From an uncultured Gemmatimonadales bacterium (GTDB lineage: Bacteria; Gemmatimonadota; Gemmatimonadetes; Gemmatimonadales; GWC2-71-9), in contig CAVVKJ010000005.1 in NCBI GenBank assembly GCA_963748815.1, positions 160,001 through 224,000 of the forward strand: a stretch of 64,000 nucleotides of DNA, read 5' to 3'. Within the stretch, counting starts at the first letter, position 1, and each line of letters begins with the position of its first letter. Under the pieces are notes generated by a model. It ran no database searches and was not told the DNA's origin. It was given only the letters and a program-made list of their open reading frames with translations. Position numbers and translations under genes: made by a program. Below, in pieces: positions 9,420 to 19,673 of this stretch.

Positions 9420-9812
9420 CTACTTCCCTCTCTTCTTTACCGGCGCCTTCTTCCTGGCAGGCGCTTTCCGCTTCGCGGCCTTCTTCACCGCTTTCTTCTT
9501 CGCGGGCGCCTTCTTCCTGGCGGCCTTCTTCGCCGCCTTCTTCTTTGCCGGTGCCTTCTTCTTGGCGGCCTTCTTCACCGTGTTCTTCTTCACCGTCTTC
9601 TTCTTTGCCGGTGCCTTCTTCTTGGCGGGCGCCTTCTTCTTTGCCGGCTTCTTGGCGGCCTTCTTCTTCGCCGCGGCGGGCTTTCTCGCCGGCGGTGCAG
9701 GAGGCGCCGGCGGTGGCGGTGGGGGTGGCGGAGGAGTCGGCACCTTTTGGGGTGACATCGGCATGGGGTCCATCCATCCCGCCCCGGACCAGCCCATCTC
9801 CAGATCGCTCAT
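9420..9812 (-). CDS. Histone H1-like Lys/Ala-rich protein
   Basis: Repeated PAKKK/KKAAK motifs after a poly-Pro tract; GGAGG RBS. Confidence 0.75.
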   Translation of the reverse strand: MSDLEMGWSGAGWMDPMPMSPQKVPTPPPPPPPPPAPPAPPARKPAAAKKKAAKKPAKKKAPAKKKAPAKKKTVKKNTVKKAAKKKAPAKKKAAKKAARKKAPAKKKAVKKAAKRKAPARKKAPVKKRGK

Positions 9813-10169
9813 CGGGTGTTCCTCCGCCTGCTGGTGCGACGCCCCCCGTCGCCGGACCGCGCAACCTGCGCGGGCGTAATTTCTTCCCTAATTACTCGCA
9901 CTTCCGGAGAGGTTGTGCAAGCACCGGCCGTGCCTGGATCGGTTCCGATGCAGGGCTGAGGGGGTGTGCTGCGCGCCAGGTACCGACAAACGTCACCGTA
10001 AACCATTGTACACCAATCTGTTATGCCGCTTAGACCGAAGAATGCCTGATCGGCCCCTGTCAGGGCCCCCTCGCAATGACAGCAGGGTCGCCTCCATCCC
10101 GAGTCGCTAGTCCTCAATCCTCAGTCCCCAGTCCTTTCTCCCTTCCCTCGCTTCCTTTAGTTTCCCCCC

Positions 10170-12356
10170 GTGATCCGCCCCCGAATCCTGTCCCTGGTGC
10201 TCCTCGTCCTGCCCTCCCTCCTCTGGGCGCAGGCCGCTGTCGAGGTGCAGGTGACGCCCGCGCAGCTGCGGCTGCGAGTCGCGCAGCAGGAGCGGCTCTT
10301 CCTCAGCGCCTACGACGCCGACGGCAATCTCCTCTCCGAGCCGGCGTTCTCCTTCGCCGTCTCGAAGGTCGGGGTGGTGAGCGTGGACAAGGCGGGGACG
10401 GTGGTCGGCGTCGCCCCGGGGACGGCGACGATCGAGGTCCGTGCCGGCACCGGGAAGGCCAACGTGTCCGTCACGGTCACCGGGCCGCCACCGCCGCGGG
10501 AACCCGAACCGGTTCCCGTCCTGCCTGCGGGCGCGCGCCTCGTTCCGAATCCCGATACGCTCTGGCTGCTGCGGCTCGAAACGGCGCGTGTCTCGATGGC
10601 CCTCACCACACCGAGCGGTTCCGGGCTCGGCCAGGTGCAGGTGAGCTGGCGGTCGACGGCACCCGACGTCGTTTCGGTGACGGACGCCGGCGAAGTCAAC
10701 GCGCTCCAGTGGGGCGTGGCGCAGCTGATCGGGACCGGTCCCGGCGGGCTGACGGGTACGGTGAACGTCCTGGTGCGTAACGACTCACTCGCCGTGACCC
10801 CCGATCGAATGGTCCTTCCCGTGACCGGTGCGGATTCGGTGCAGGTCACCGTCCCGGCCCAGGGAGGTCGCCCCGTCACCCAGGGAATCGCCTGGCGGAG
10901 CAGCGACTCGACCGTGTTGCGTGTCAGTCGCGATGGGGTCGCCCTCGGCGCCTCCCCCGGTGAAGCGCACATGCTCATGGTCGGGTTCGGGCAGCAGCGG
11001 GCCGTGCGAGTGACCGTTCACCCGCCTGTGACCCGGCTCCTCCTCGCCCCCGCGCCGAACGTGCCCATCCGGATCGCTCCCGGGGCGACCGCCCCCTTCG
11101 TGCTACAGGCGCTCGCCGCCGATTCCGTCCCCGTCGCCATTGCCGGCTACGACTGGGTGGTGGGCGACACGACCGTCGCCACTTTTGACCCGGTCTCCAG
11201 GCGGCTCACCGGCCGCGGCATCGGCCGCACCACCCTGACCATGACGACCTTCGGCTTCGAGCCAACGGTTTGGGAGGTGGAGGTCTTTGCCGGCGGTCTC
11301 GCGTTCCGACGGGAGCGGGTTCGCCTCCTTCCGGGAATGACCGACTCGTTGGTCGTGTCGGTGCTCGACGCGAACGGGCAGGCCATTGGCCCGCCAAGTG
11401 CCGTCGACTACACCATCGACCGGCCGGAGGTGGCCACGGTCGACTCCGCCGGGTACGTCACGGCGGCGAGCGTCGGCGGCGCGACGATCACCGCGCGCAC
11501 GCCGTGGGGCACCACCGCCACGATCCGCCTCTTCGTGACGGACGACCTCCTGCTGAGCGTGCGCCGCGGCGCCGGCGCCGACCTTGTGCAGGTCGATCCC
11601 GCCGATGCCGGCTCCCTCGTGCCAATGCTCGTCAACGGCGGCCTGAACCAGCAGGCGGCCTGGTCCGCCGACGGGACGCGCATCGCCTTCAGCGGCACCG
11701 TCGACGGCAATGCGGACATCTACGTGATGGACGCCGACGGAAAGAACCTCACCCGCCTGACGACCGCCCCCGAGGCAGACCTGGAACCGGCATGGTCGCC
11801 CGATGGCGGGACGATCGCCTTCACGTCCCTCCGGGGCGGTACGTCGCAGATCTGGGCCATGAACGCTGACGGCACCAGTGCGCGGCAGCTCACCGACGGC
11901 GCCGGCGCAAGTTCGTCGCCCACCTTCCGGCGCGATGGCCGGATGATCGCCTTCATCTCGACCCGCGATGGCAACGCCGATCTCTTTGAAATGGGGAGCG
12001 AGGGCGCCGAGCCGACCGCCATTACGCGGACGCCGGAACCGGAATCGTTCCCGGCGTACTTCCCGAACGGCGATCTGGCCGTCGCCGTGACCCGGCCCGG
12101 TCGCGGGGACATCCTCCGCATCCGCGCCGGCGACGGGCAGCGGATCATGCTGCAGTCGCTGGCCGGCACCATCACCTCGATGGCGCTCGCCCCGGACGGC
12201 GGCACCCTCGCCTATTCGCTGGCCCAGCCCGCCCCGGACCCGAAGACCCCTCCCGTCACCTCGTTCCAGTTCAAGGGTCTCACCCCCGACCTCGCGCCGC
12301 TGGTCCTGCCGATCCCCGGTGATGTCGTCTCGGCCTCCTTCCAGGGTACTCGGTGA
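10170..12356 (+). CDS. Secreted Ig-like (Big_2) repeat protein with TolB-like PD40 beta-propeller
   Basis: Signal peptide; WRSSD..V..V...G Ig repeats; PAWSPDG / DGNADIYVM repeats. Confidence 0.82.
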   Translation: MIRPRILSLVLLVLPSLLWAQAAVEVQVTPAQLRLRVAQQERLFLSAYDADGNLLSEPAFSFAVSKVGVVSVDKAGTVVGVAPGTATIEVRAGTGKANVSVTVTGPPPPREPEPVPVLPAGARLVPNPDTLWLLRLETARVSMALTTPSGSGLGQVQVSWRSTAPDVVSVTDAGEVNALQWGVAQLIGTGPGGLTGTVNVLVRNDSLAVTPDRMVLPVTGADSVQVTVPAQGGRPVTQGIAWRSSDSTVLRVSRDGVALGASPGEAHMLMVGFGQQRAVRVTVHPPVTRLLLAPAPNVPIRIAPGATAPFVLQALAADSVPVAIAGYDWVVGDTTVATFDPVSRRLTGRGIGRTTLTMTTFGFEPTVWEVEVFAGGLAFRRERVRLLPGMTDSLVVSVLDANGQAIGPPSAVDYTIDRPEVATVDSAGYVTAASVGGATITARTPWGTTATIRLFVTDDLLLSVRRGAGADLVQVDPADAGSLVPMLVNGGLNQQAAWSADGTRIAFSGTVDGNADIYVMDADGKNLTRLTTAPEADLEPAWSPDGGTIAFTSLRGGTSQIWAMNADGTSARQLTDGAGASSSPTFRRDGRMIAFISTRDGNADLFEMGSEGAEPTAITRTPEPESFPAYFPNGDLAVAVTRPGRGDILRIRAGDGQRIMLQSLAGTITSMALAPDGGTLAYSLAQPAPDPKTPPVTSFQFKGLTPDLAPLVLPIPGDVVSASFQGTR

Positions 12357-13390
12357 AGGCCCTCGTCCTGCCGAAGCTGGGCGGATGGGAAGACCTCGTC
12401 GTGGATGACGTCCCGGCGCCGGAGATTCACCACCCGAACCAGGTCCGGGTGCGGGTCCACACCGCCGGCATCAACCATCTCGACCTGTTCATTCTCGGCG
12501 GGCTCCCCGGCATCACCTACACATTCCCGCACATCGTCGGCAGCGATGCCGCCGGGGTGATCGAATCGGTGGGGTCGGCAGTGACGGGCTGGAAGATCGG
12601 TGACCGGGTGATGATGAACCCCGGCATCGGCTGCAATGAGTGCGAACTGTGCGCCGCCGACCAGCAGCCGCTCTGCCGCGACTACCGGCTCCTCGGCGAG
12701 CATGTGCCAGGCACCATCGGGGAGTTCGTCGTGGTCCCGGCGACCAACCTGGCGCGAGTCCCGGATGCCATGCCATGGACGCAGGCCGCCGGTTTTTCGC
12801 TCGTGGCGCTTACCTCCTGGCGGATGATGATGGCCCGCGCGAAGGTGCGGGCCGGCGAGACGGTCCTCATCTGGGGCATCGGCGGCGGGGTGGCGCAGTG
12901 CTGCCTGCAGATTGCCGGGATGCTCGGTGCAACGACGATCGTCACCAGTTCCTCCGACGAAAAGCTGGAGCGGGCCCGCGCGCTGGGCGCCGACCACCTG
13001 CTCAACCACGCTCGTGAGGATGTGCCGAAGGCGGTCCGCGCATTCACCGGCGGGCGCAATGCCGACGTCGTGGTCGACAACGTCGGCGAGGCCACCTGGC
13101 AGAAATCGCTGCGCGCGCTCGGCCGCGGCGGTCGCCTCGTGACGTGTGGCGGCACCACCGGGCCGATGGTCACCACCGACGTGCGGAAGCTCTTCTGGTA
13201 CCAGTGGGACATTCTGGGGAGCACGATGGGCGGCGACCGGGAGTACCAGGAAGTGGCGCGGCACGCCGCCGAGGGGCGGTTCTGGCCGGTGGTGGACTCG
13301 GTGGTTCCGCTGTCGGAGGGGGCGCAGGCCTTCCGGCGCATGGCCGATGGCGCACAGTTCGGCAAACTCGTGATCGAGGTGGCACCGTGA
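12353..13390 (+). CDS. Zinc-binding alcohol dehydrogenase/quinone oxidoreductase family protein
   Basis: CNECELC structural Zn site, GIGGGVA, GKLVI. Confidence 0.88.
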   Translation: MKALVLPKLGGWEDLVVDDVPAPEIHHPNQVRVRVHTAGINHLDLFILGGLPGITYTFPHIVGSDAAGVIESVGSAVTGWKIGDRVMMNPGIGCNECELCAADQQPLCRDYRLLGEHVPGTIGEFVVVPATNLARVPDAMPWTQAAGFSLVALTSWRMMMARAKVRAGETVLIWGIGGGVAQCCLQIAGMLGATTIVTSSSDEKLERARALGADHLLNHAREDVPKAVRAFTGGRNADVVVDNVGEATWQKSLRALGRGGRLVTCGGTTGPMVTTDVRKLFWYQWDILGSTMGGDREYQEVARHAAEGRFWPVVDSVVPLSEGAQAFRRMADGAQFGKLVIEVAP

Positions 13391-14088
13391 ACGAACTCTG
13401 GGACCGGCTCTCCTACGGGATGGAACAGCTCAGCTTCTTCCTGCCCGCCATCATCGGCGCCGGCGTCCTCCTGCTGGCCGGGTACTTCGTGGCACGGCAG
13501 GTGGAGAAGTGGGTGGACCGTACCCTGATGAAGCTCAACTTCAACCGCATGGCCAAGGAGGGCGGACTCGCCGAGGTCATGGAGCGGGCAGAGCCGTCGC
13601 TCGATCCGGTGCACGCCGTCGGCAAGCTCGCCTTCTGGCTCGTGATGCTGGTGGTGATCCTGCTCTCCAGCACGGCGCTCGGGCTCGAGAGCATCAACGA
13701 GATGTTCGGCCTGATGCTCGGCTTCCTGCCGACGCTCATCAGCGCCATCGTCATCGTCATCCTCGGCATCGTGGTCGGCGAATTCCTCCGCGGACTGATC
13801 GTGGCGTCGGCCGGCGGGGTGGAGGGGGTGCCGACGCTCGCCCGGGTGTCGAAGGGCGTCGTGGTGATGATCGCGGTGTTCATGGCGGTGCAGCAGGTGG
13901 GCGTCGCCGAGGACATCGTGACGACGGCGTTCACACTGATCCTTGGGGCGGTCGCGCTCGGTGCCGGTCTGGCGTTCGGCATCGGGAACACGAAGTTGGC
14001 CGGGGAGGTCACCCGCCGCTGGTACGAGGAGGGGCGGCGGCCACGGACGGAGCGGACACGGGCGACGGATCCGAAGCCGGAGGAGTAA
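13387..14088 (+). CDS. CmpX/MscS TM-helix-type membrane protein
   Basis: FLPAIIGA and FLPTLISAIVI repeats, GLAFGIG; GTG overlaps upstream stop. Confidence 0.75.
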   Translation: MNELWDRLSYGMEQLSFFLPAIIGAGVLLLAGYFVARQVEKWVDRTLMKLNFNRMAKEGGLAEVMERAEPSLDPVHAVGKLAFWLVMLVVILLSSTALGLESINEMFGLMLGFLPTLISAIVIVILGIVVGEFLRGLIVASAGGVEGVPTLARVSKGVVVMIAVFMAVQQVGVAEDIVTTAFTLILGAVALGAGLAFGIGNTKLAGEVTRRWYEEGRRPRTERTRATDPKPEE

Positions 14089-14106
14089 ACGCCGTCTTTC
14101 CGAACC

Positions 14107-14171
14107 GTCACCCCCGCGAACGCGGGGGTCCAGTGAACAGACATCTGGATTCCCGCTTGCGCGGGAATGAC
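14107..14171. repeat. Double-hairpin REP-like element, family A
   Basis: gtcacccccgcgaacgcgggggtcca ... tggattcccgcttgcgcgggaatgac; near copies at 56724 and 61018. Confidence 0.88.
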
Positions 14172-14189
14172 GAGCTTGGCACCGTCGGT

Positions 14190-14253
14190 CCCGCTGCCCC
14201 GCTGCCCCGCTGCCCCGCTGCCCCGCTGCCCCGCTGCCCCGCTGCCCCGCTGC
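14190..14253. repeat. Tandem octamer array (CCCCGCTG)n, about 8 units
   Basis: Read directly; abuts the TAG of the CBS gene. Confidence 0.9.
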
Positions 14254-14688
14254 CTACCTCACATCAAACATGTAGCTGTTGAGGTACTGGATGGTGGCGG
14301 CGTGCTCCGCCACCTGGAAGGCCAGCAGGTCGCCGCTGGTCACGAGCCCCACCAATCCCCGCGCGTCGGTGACCGGCAGGTGCCGGATGCGCTTCTTGCT
14401 CAGGATGGCGCCGCACTCGTCAATGCTGGTTTCGGGCAGGCAGGTGATGACAGGCGAGGTCATCACCTCGCGCACCTTCGTTTCCGCCGGACTCCGCCCC
14501 GCCGCCACCACCCGCCGCAGGATATCTCGTTCCGTGAAGACGCCCAGCAGGGTGCCGTCTTCCAGCACGACGAGCCCGCCGATGGTGTGATGGTTCATCA
14601 CCTGGGCGGCGGCGAGGACGGTGTCGGACGGGGCGATGGAGATGACGTCGCCGCTCTTGCGAGCAAGCAGGTCGCGGACGGTGGGCAT
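14254..14688 (-). CDS. CBS domain protein
   Basis: GVFTERDI, VREVMT, IRHLPV, GLVTSGDL. Confidence 0.9.
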   Translation of the reverse strand: MPTVRDLLARKSGDVISIAPSDTVLAAAQVMNHHTIGGLVVLEDGTLLGVFTERDILRRVVAAGRSPAETKVREVMTSPVITCLPETSIDECGAILSKKRIRHLPVTDARGLVGLVTSGDLLAFQVAEHAATIQYLNSYMFDVR

Positions 14689-14764
14689 CGGCGCGCTCCT
14701 GAGGAGGATGCTCCGATATTACGTGTTCGGTGCGGGGACCGCCAGCGCCGGGCCGAAGGCAGGG

Positions 14765-15124
14765 TTAGCGGCGGGACCGACGGATGATGGCGGCCAGGAT
14801 TCCGGCGCCTGCCGCCGCGATGGCGATCGCCACGATGGGCCAGGGTGCGGTGTCGCCCCCGGCGGCACTCCCGGAACCGATGAAGCCGGCCGCAACGCCC
14901 AGCCCGACGATACCCGCGATCAGCGCCGCGGCAACCCGGCGTCTGGACGGCACCGTCGCCGATTCCTGCCCGATGGCGATCGCCGCGGCGGCGCGGAGGT
15001 CTTCCTTGCTGGTGCCGGGGTACTGGGCCTCGAACTTCTCGACCTCAGCCCGCAGGCGCCGGCCGAGATCCTGGGCCCGTGCCGAGGCCGGCGGCGGCGG
15101 TGGGACCATCGGGACGAATACCAT
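14765..15124 (-). CDS. Hypothetical membrane protein
   Basis: Two C-terminal hydrophobic helices; abuts upstream ORF. Confidence 0.6.
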   Translation of the reverse strand: MVFVPMVPPPPPASARAQDLGRRLRAEVEKFEAQYPGTSKEDLRAAAAIAIGQESATVPSRRRVAAALIAGIVGLGVAAGFIGSGSAAGGDTAPWPIVAIAIAAAGAGILAAIIRRSRR

Positions 15125-15301
15125 CTAGAACTCCCGTTTCTTCATCTCCTTGAAGAGCCGCCGGGTTTCGGAGTCCATCTCCTCCGGCTTCTGCCGCAAG
15201 GTGGAGTCGTACTGCGCCGCGCGCTCGGCCACCGGCGGCTTGATCTTGGCGGCGTTCTTCTGGGCCAGCCGGGCAATCCGCTGGTCGTCTTTCTTGGACA
15301 T
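15125..15301 (-). CDS. Small hypothetical protein, 58 aa (MSKKDDQRIARLAQK...EMKKREF), not in the ORF track
   Basis: ATG at 15301 preceded by GGAGG; TAG at 15125 adjacent to next ATG; host-like codon usage. Confidence 0.65.
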   Translation of the reverse strand: MSKKDDQRIARLAQKNAAKIKPPVAERAAQYDSTLRQKPEEMDSETRRLFKEMKKREF

Positions 15302-15472
15302 CGGGCCTCCGTTCGGGGTGGGTGAAATCTAAGGAAACGCCCGCCAATTTGCTTCCGGGTAGGGGTGGGCTCACGCCCACCCCTAGCGAGACGAACTCGC
15401 AAATTTGTGCCGGGCGACGGGCCTTTCCCGGCCAATTGGCCCGGTCAGGTTTCTGGTTGGCAAATCCTAGGG

Positions 15473-16568
15473 CTATTCAACGCCCCGGCCTTGCTGCCCC
15501 GCCGCGGGTCGCCGATAGCGCAGGAAGATCATCCCCTCCGGGCGGACCGCCTTGACCAGCACGGCGTCGGGGCTCGAGGCCAGCGCGTAGCCGTAGCCGT
15601 TGAACGAGATCGACTCGACCAGACGCCCCTGCCGGTCGATCACCTGGTAGCGGCGCACGGTGTCAGGGATGACGCGGCTCTTCTCCAGCCAGACGTTGCC
15701 GTCGCCGCCGGTGAAGGCCTCGTCGAAGGGCGGCTTTACGGGGCTGAAGGGGACTTTTTCGGCGGCCGACCGGAGGTCCGGGGGGAACTTCCGCAGGAAG
15801 GCTTCGCGGTCGGAGACGGTGATGGTGAAGACCCGGTCCGGGAGCTTCTGTCCCTTCTGAAGCTCGCCGTCCGGTCCGATCCAGTCGACCCGGTTGGGGT
15901 AGACCCGCGCCACCCAGACGCTCCCGTCGGCCAGGACGCCCCACGCATCCTCCCCGCTGAAGACCCGGCGCTCATACCGGCGGCCGGCGTCGCCATCCAC
16001 TTCGGCCAGGTCCAGCGGAGAGAGCCGGAAGAGGGTGTCGCCCCGCGAGAAGTCGAGCGGGAAGCGGACCACCACGGCCGAGTCCCGCTTGCCGCTCCCG
16101 TCGGGGCCGGGGGGCGGATTGAACTGCACGTACCAGTTGCCCTGTCCATCGCGGGCCCGGGGGAGATTGCCCCGGGTGATCTCCGGGCTCCCGATGGCCG
16201 TGACGTATGTCCCCTCCAGGGTCCACGTCGTCAGCCGGCGGAGCGCCCAGTCGCCCACGTAGAAGCCGTCACCCGCCCGGAAGAGGGAGAAAGGCCCCTC
16301 GAAGAGGGACTTCATTCCCTTGCCAAGATCGACGCCCTGAACCCTCGGCAAAATCGAGGACCACCACCCGCCGATCGGCGGGGGAGAGGACGGCCCACCG
16401 GTCGCCGCCCAGCCATGTGCCGGCCGTGGCCTCGAAGAGCGTCGTAGGTATAGAGTCGGCCTCGGGCCCGAGGGCGATGTCCGGGGCGTCGGCGGCCTTG
16501 GTGCCGCAGGCGGCAGCCAGGAGGAGGGCGCCGAGAAGGGCCGGCCGGGCGAGGGGGAAGGGGCGCAT
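15473..16568 (-). CDS. 6-bladed beta-propeller-like lipoprotein; frameshift near 16340
   Basis: Lipobox LAAAC in ORF 16269..16568; SGEDAWGVLADG and YQVIDRQGRLV in ORF 15473..16351. Confidence 0.7.
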
Positions 16569-16611
16569 TCTGGGAATCTATAGAGTCAACCGCCGCTCCG
16601 CCTTCCTGGCC

Positions 16612-16638
16612 TGCAACCCTTTGCGCCGTGAGGGCATC
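16612..16638 (+). promoter_or_regulatory. Putative ECF sigma promoter TGCAACC-N15-GCATC
   Basis: Same boxes and spacing as 58209-58235 upstream of the ECF sigma gene. Confidence 0.5.
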
Positions 16639-16668
16639 AAAGGAAGTACATACAGAAAGGAGGCCCCG

Positions 16669-16860
16669 ATGGTCATGCTCGCCACAGATTCCCCGATCCC
16701 CACCTTCCGACTGGTGGATGACAACGGGACCTCCGTTGGTCGCATCGTGCTTCCGGTCGAGGACCGGATCAACGGCTCGGGCGCCGCGACGATCTATCTC
16801 CAGCGGGAGTCGCCAATCCGTCGGCGCCGGGTGACGGATACCCGGCTGGCAGCGCAATAG
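16669..16860 (+). CDS. 63-aa protein resembling the last blade of neighbouring propellers
   Basis: AAAGGAGG RBS; FRLVDDNGTSVGRIVLP..GAATIYLQRE. Confidence 0.55.
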   Translation: MVMLATDSPIPTFRLVDDNGTSVGRIVLPVEDRINGSGAATIYLQRESPIRRRRVTDTRLAAQ

Positions 16861-16873
16861 CAGCATCCCCCCC

Positions 16874-16994
16874 GGGGTGGGCGCATGCCCACCCCTGGCG
16901 CAACCAGACGCGACTTCGTTGCATCAGGCTGGACGCCGCTCCCACCCACACGAAATTGCGTTCCTGTCGATAGGGGTGGCCATACGGCCACCCC
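16874..16994. repeat. Family C REP pair
   Basis: ggggtgggcgcatgcccacccc and taggggtggccatacggccacccc. Confidence 0.75.
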
Positions 16995-17076
16995 GGCCTT
17001 CAGGCCCCCGGCTCTTGCGACTCCCCCCGCTCCTCGTGCATCCTCCCCTCCAGAACCCACCCAACCCGAGGTCCTT

Positions 17077-18270
17077 GTGTCGCGACGCCCGTCCCTGCGC
17101 CTCATCCTTTTCCTGCTTGCCATCTCCGCCGTCTCTTCAGCCGTCAGCCTGGCTGCCCAGCAGGGCAAGGCCCCGGTCCAGAAGCTGACCAAACCCGACG
17201 CCACCTTCGACGAGCCGTTCACCCAGGTGGCCGGGCTCCGGGAGCTGAAAAACGGCGACGTCATCGTGGCCGACATGCGGGACCGGACCCTGCAGAAGAT
17301 CGACCTGAAGACCGGTGCGGCCACGGCGCTGTCGCGCGAGGGGAGCGGCCCGACCGAGTATCTCTTCCCCACCGGTGTCTACGCGCTGCCCGGTGACAGC
17401 ACCGGCATTTACGACATGGGCAACCAGCGCTACCTCCTGCTGGACCCCACCGGCAAGGCGGTGAGCACCTTCAGGATGGACGAAGGGAACAGCGGTGGCG
17501 GGATGATGATGCTCCGCGCGGCAAGCGGGGCCGATGACAAGGGCCGCCTCTACTACTCCACCCGAGGCGAACAGCGTGGGGGTGGAATGGATGGGGGCCC
17601 CCCGGAGTTTTCCGATTCCGGCCGCGTCGTGCGCTATGACCGGAGCAGCAAGAAGTTCGACACCCTCGGCGTCGTGATGGTGCCGAAGCCACTGGTTGAG
17701 GCGAGCGGGAGTGCCAACAACCGGTCGGTCAGCATCCGTCGGGTACCGATGGCACCGGAGGATGCCTGGGGCGTGGCGCCGGATGGGCGCATCGGGGTGG
17801 CCCGCATCGCCACCGACGAGGTGCAGTGGTGGCTCCCCAATGGCAAGCGTGTGACGGGGCCACCGGTTCCCTTCACACCGATCAAGGTCGTCGAGGCCGA
17901 CAAGCTGGCCTGGCAGGCGCTGCAGGCGCGCAGCGGCATCAATGTCAACAACAACAACGGCCAGATTACCGTCAGCCCGGCGGCGAGCAAGCCGGAGCCA
18001 ATCGACCCGTCGATCCAGTGGCCGGCCACCAAGCCGGCGTTTCCGGCCAACGCGGTCCGCGTCGCCCCGACCGGGGAACTCTGGGAACTCCGCTCCACCC
18101 CCGCGAACGACCCTCTCCCACTCTACTACGTCTTCGATTCCTCCGGCAACCTGATCAAGCAGGTACGGCTCCCGGCCCAGACTCGGCTCGTCGCGTTCGG
18201 AAAGGGCGTGGTGTACCTTGTCCGGCGGGATGCGGATGATCTGGAATATCTCGAGAGGTACAAGCTGTAA
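17077..18270 (+). CDS. Secreted 6-bladed beta-propeller protein
   Basis: Signal peptide; REGSGPTEY; EDAWGVAPDG; YVFDSSG..LERYKL. Confidence 0.78.
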   Translation: MSRRPSLRLILFLLAISAVSSAVSLAAQQGKAPVQKLTKPDATFDEPFTQVAGLRELKNGDVIVADMRDRTLQKIDLKTGAATALSREGSGPTEYLFPTGVYALPGDSTGIYDMGNQRYLLLDPTGKAVSTFRMDEGNSGGGMMMLRAASGADDKGRLYYSTRGEQRGGGMDGGPPEFSDSGRVVRYDRSSKKFDTLGVVMVPKPLVEASGSANNRSVSIRRVPMAPEDAWGVAPDGRIGVARIATDEVQWWLPNGKRVTGPPVPFTPIKVVEADKLAWQALQARSGINVNNNNGQITVSPAASKPEPIDPSIQWPATKPAFPANAVRVAPTGELWELRSTPANDPLPLYYVFDSSGNLIKQVRLPAQTRLVAFGKGVVYLVRRDADDLEYLERYKL

Positions 18271-18282
18271 GTCGCGTTGATC

Positions 18283-18395
18283 GTCACCCCGGCGAAGGCC
18301 GGGGTCCAGTTGTTGTCGTTCTTCACGCCTTTCGCGTTTCCTTTGCGTCTTTGCGGTAAGAGCTTTTGACCGCAAAGACGCAAAGAGACGCCAAG
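18283..18395. repeat. Family A hairpin followed by family D inverted repeat
   Basis: gtcaccccggcgaaggccggggtccag at 18283-18309; ctttgcgtctttgcggt at 18341-18357 pairs with accgcaaagacgcaaag at 18369-18385. Confidence 0.8.
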
Positions 18396-18441
18396 GGCTC
18401 AACGTGACGCCCTGCTCCCCAATTTCTGAAACGAGACGACG

Positions 18442-19673
18442 ATGCGACAATTGGCGTGGGGACTCGCGTTGTTCGCTTTGGTGGGGTGCGGGGAGAAGGG
18501 CCCCAAGCTGGACGCGCCGGTGGTGACCACGCTCCCGAACGGCGCGGTCGAGGTCAGGAACAGCGGGCCGAGCGGGTGGGCGGACACCAGTGGCTGGAGG
18601 CTGGTCGAGCTTTACCGGGTCGGTGGTGTGGACGCCGAGGGGCTCGGGGCGGAGGAACTGGTCGATCCGCAGAGCGTGGCGATCGATGCCAGGGGCGGGA
18701 TCTATGTAGCCGACGAGAAGCCCGCGGTCATCAAGCAGTTCGGCCCCGATGGCGGTTACATCCGGAGTTTCGGGCGGGAAGGGGGCGGGCCCGGCGAGTT
18801 CCAGGTGGCGTTCATCGCCGCGGCGCCGGGGGCGCTCGCGCTGCACGATCCCCGGTCGAGCCGGACGAGCGTGTTCGATTCGGCCGGCAATTTTCTCAAG
18901 AGCTGGCCGTCGAGCTGCTGCTACTGGTCGAACATCATGGTCAGCCGCGACACCCTGATCTACGTGCCGACCTCGGTGCGGTCGGAAGGGCCGAGCGAGC
19001 CGAATGACAACTATTACATCCGCTACCGGCTGGACGGGACGCTGGTCGACACGCTGAAGATCGCGGGGCCCGCTCGTGCCGATGAAGACAAGTACTGGAC
19101 GGTTTCCGGGGGGGAGGGGCGAACAAGATGATGTTCATGACGTCCATCCCCTTCGCGCCGGAGGTGCGGACTCCGCTCGATCCTGCGGGCGGCGCCATCG
19201 TCGCCTGGACGGGGGAGTACCGATTCTGGGCGACCTCGAACGGCCGAGACACGACCCAGGTTGTTTCGCTCGCAGCGACGCAGTCGACCCTGAGTGAGGA
19301 TCGTCGTCTGCATATCCGCGACTCGATGGTCGGCCTGTACGCAAAGCAATTCGACAAGAAGGCGGTCGAGGAGGCGTTCAAGGTCTCCGACATCCCGACG
19401 GTGGCGCCATATTTCCGTTCGCTCCAGGTCGACGGTCGCCGCAACCGGTGGGTGCTTCCGGACGACGGCGGAAATCACGCCAACGCGCGCTTTGAGGTGT
19501 TCGACTCGACCGGGGCCTATCTGGGCGCGGTGCCGCTGCCGGAGACGTTCGGCACGTTCTGGCAGACGGTGTGGGGAGTCGATCGCGTGGCGACGATCGC
19601 GGAAGATGCGGATGGGTTGCCGGTGGTGGTGGTGTATGGGATTGAGAAGCGAGGACAGAGGACAGAGGACTGA
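18442..19673 (+). CDS. 6-bladed beta-propeller lipoprotein; frameshift in G-run near 19108-19119
   Basis: Lipobox LVGC; GREGGGPGEF; FEVFDSTGAYLG..EDADG. Confidence 0.78.

Noticed and set aside
19105..19120. G-run as a phase-variation tract in a propeller gene
   Set aside because: Cannot be distinguished from homopolymer error given the background indel rate
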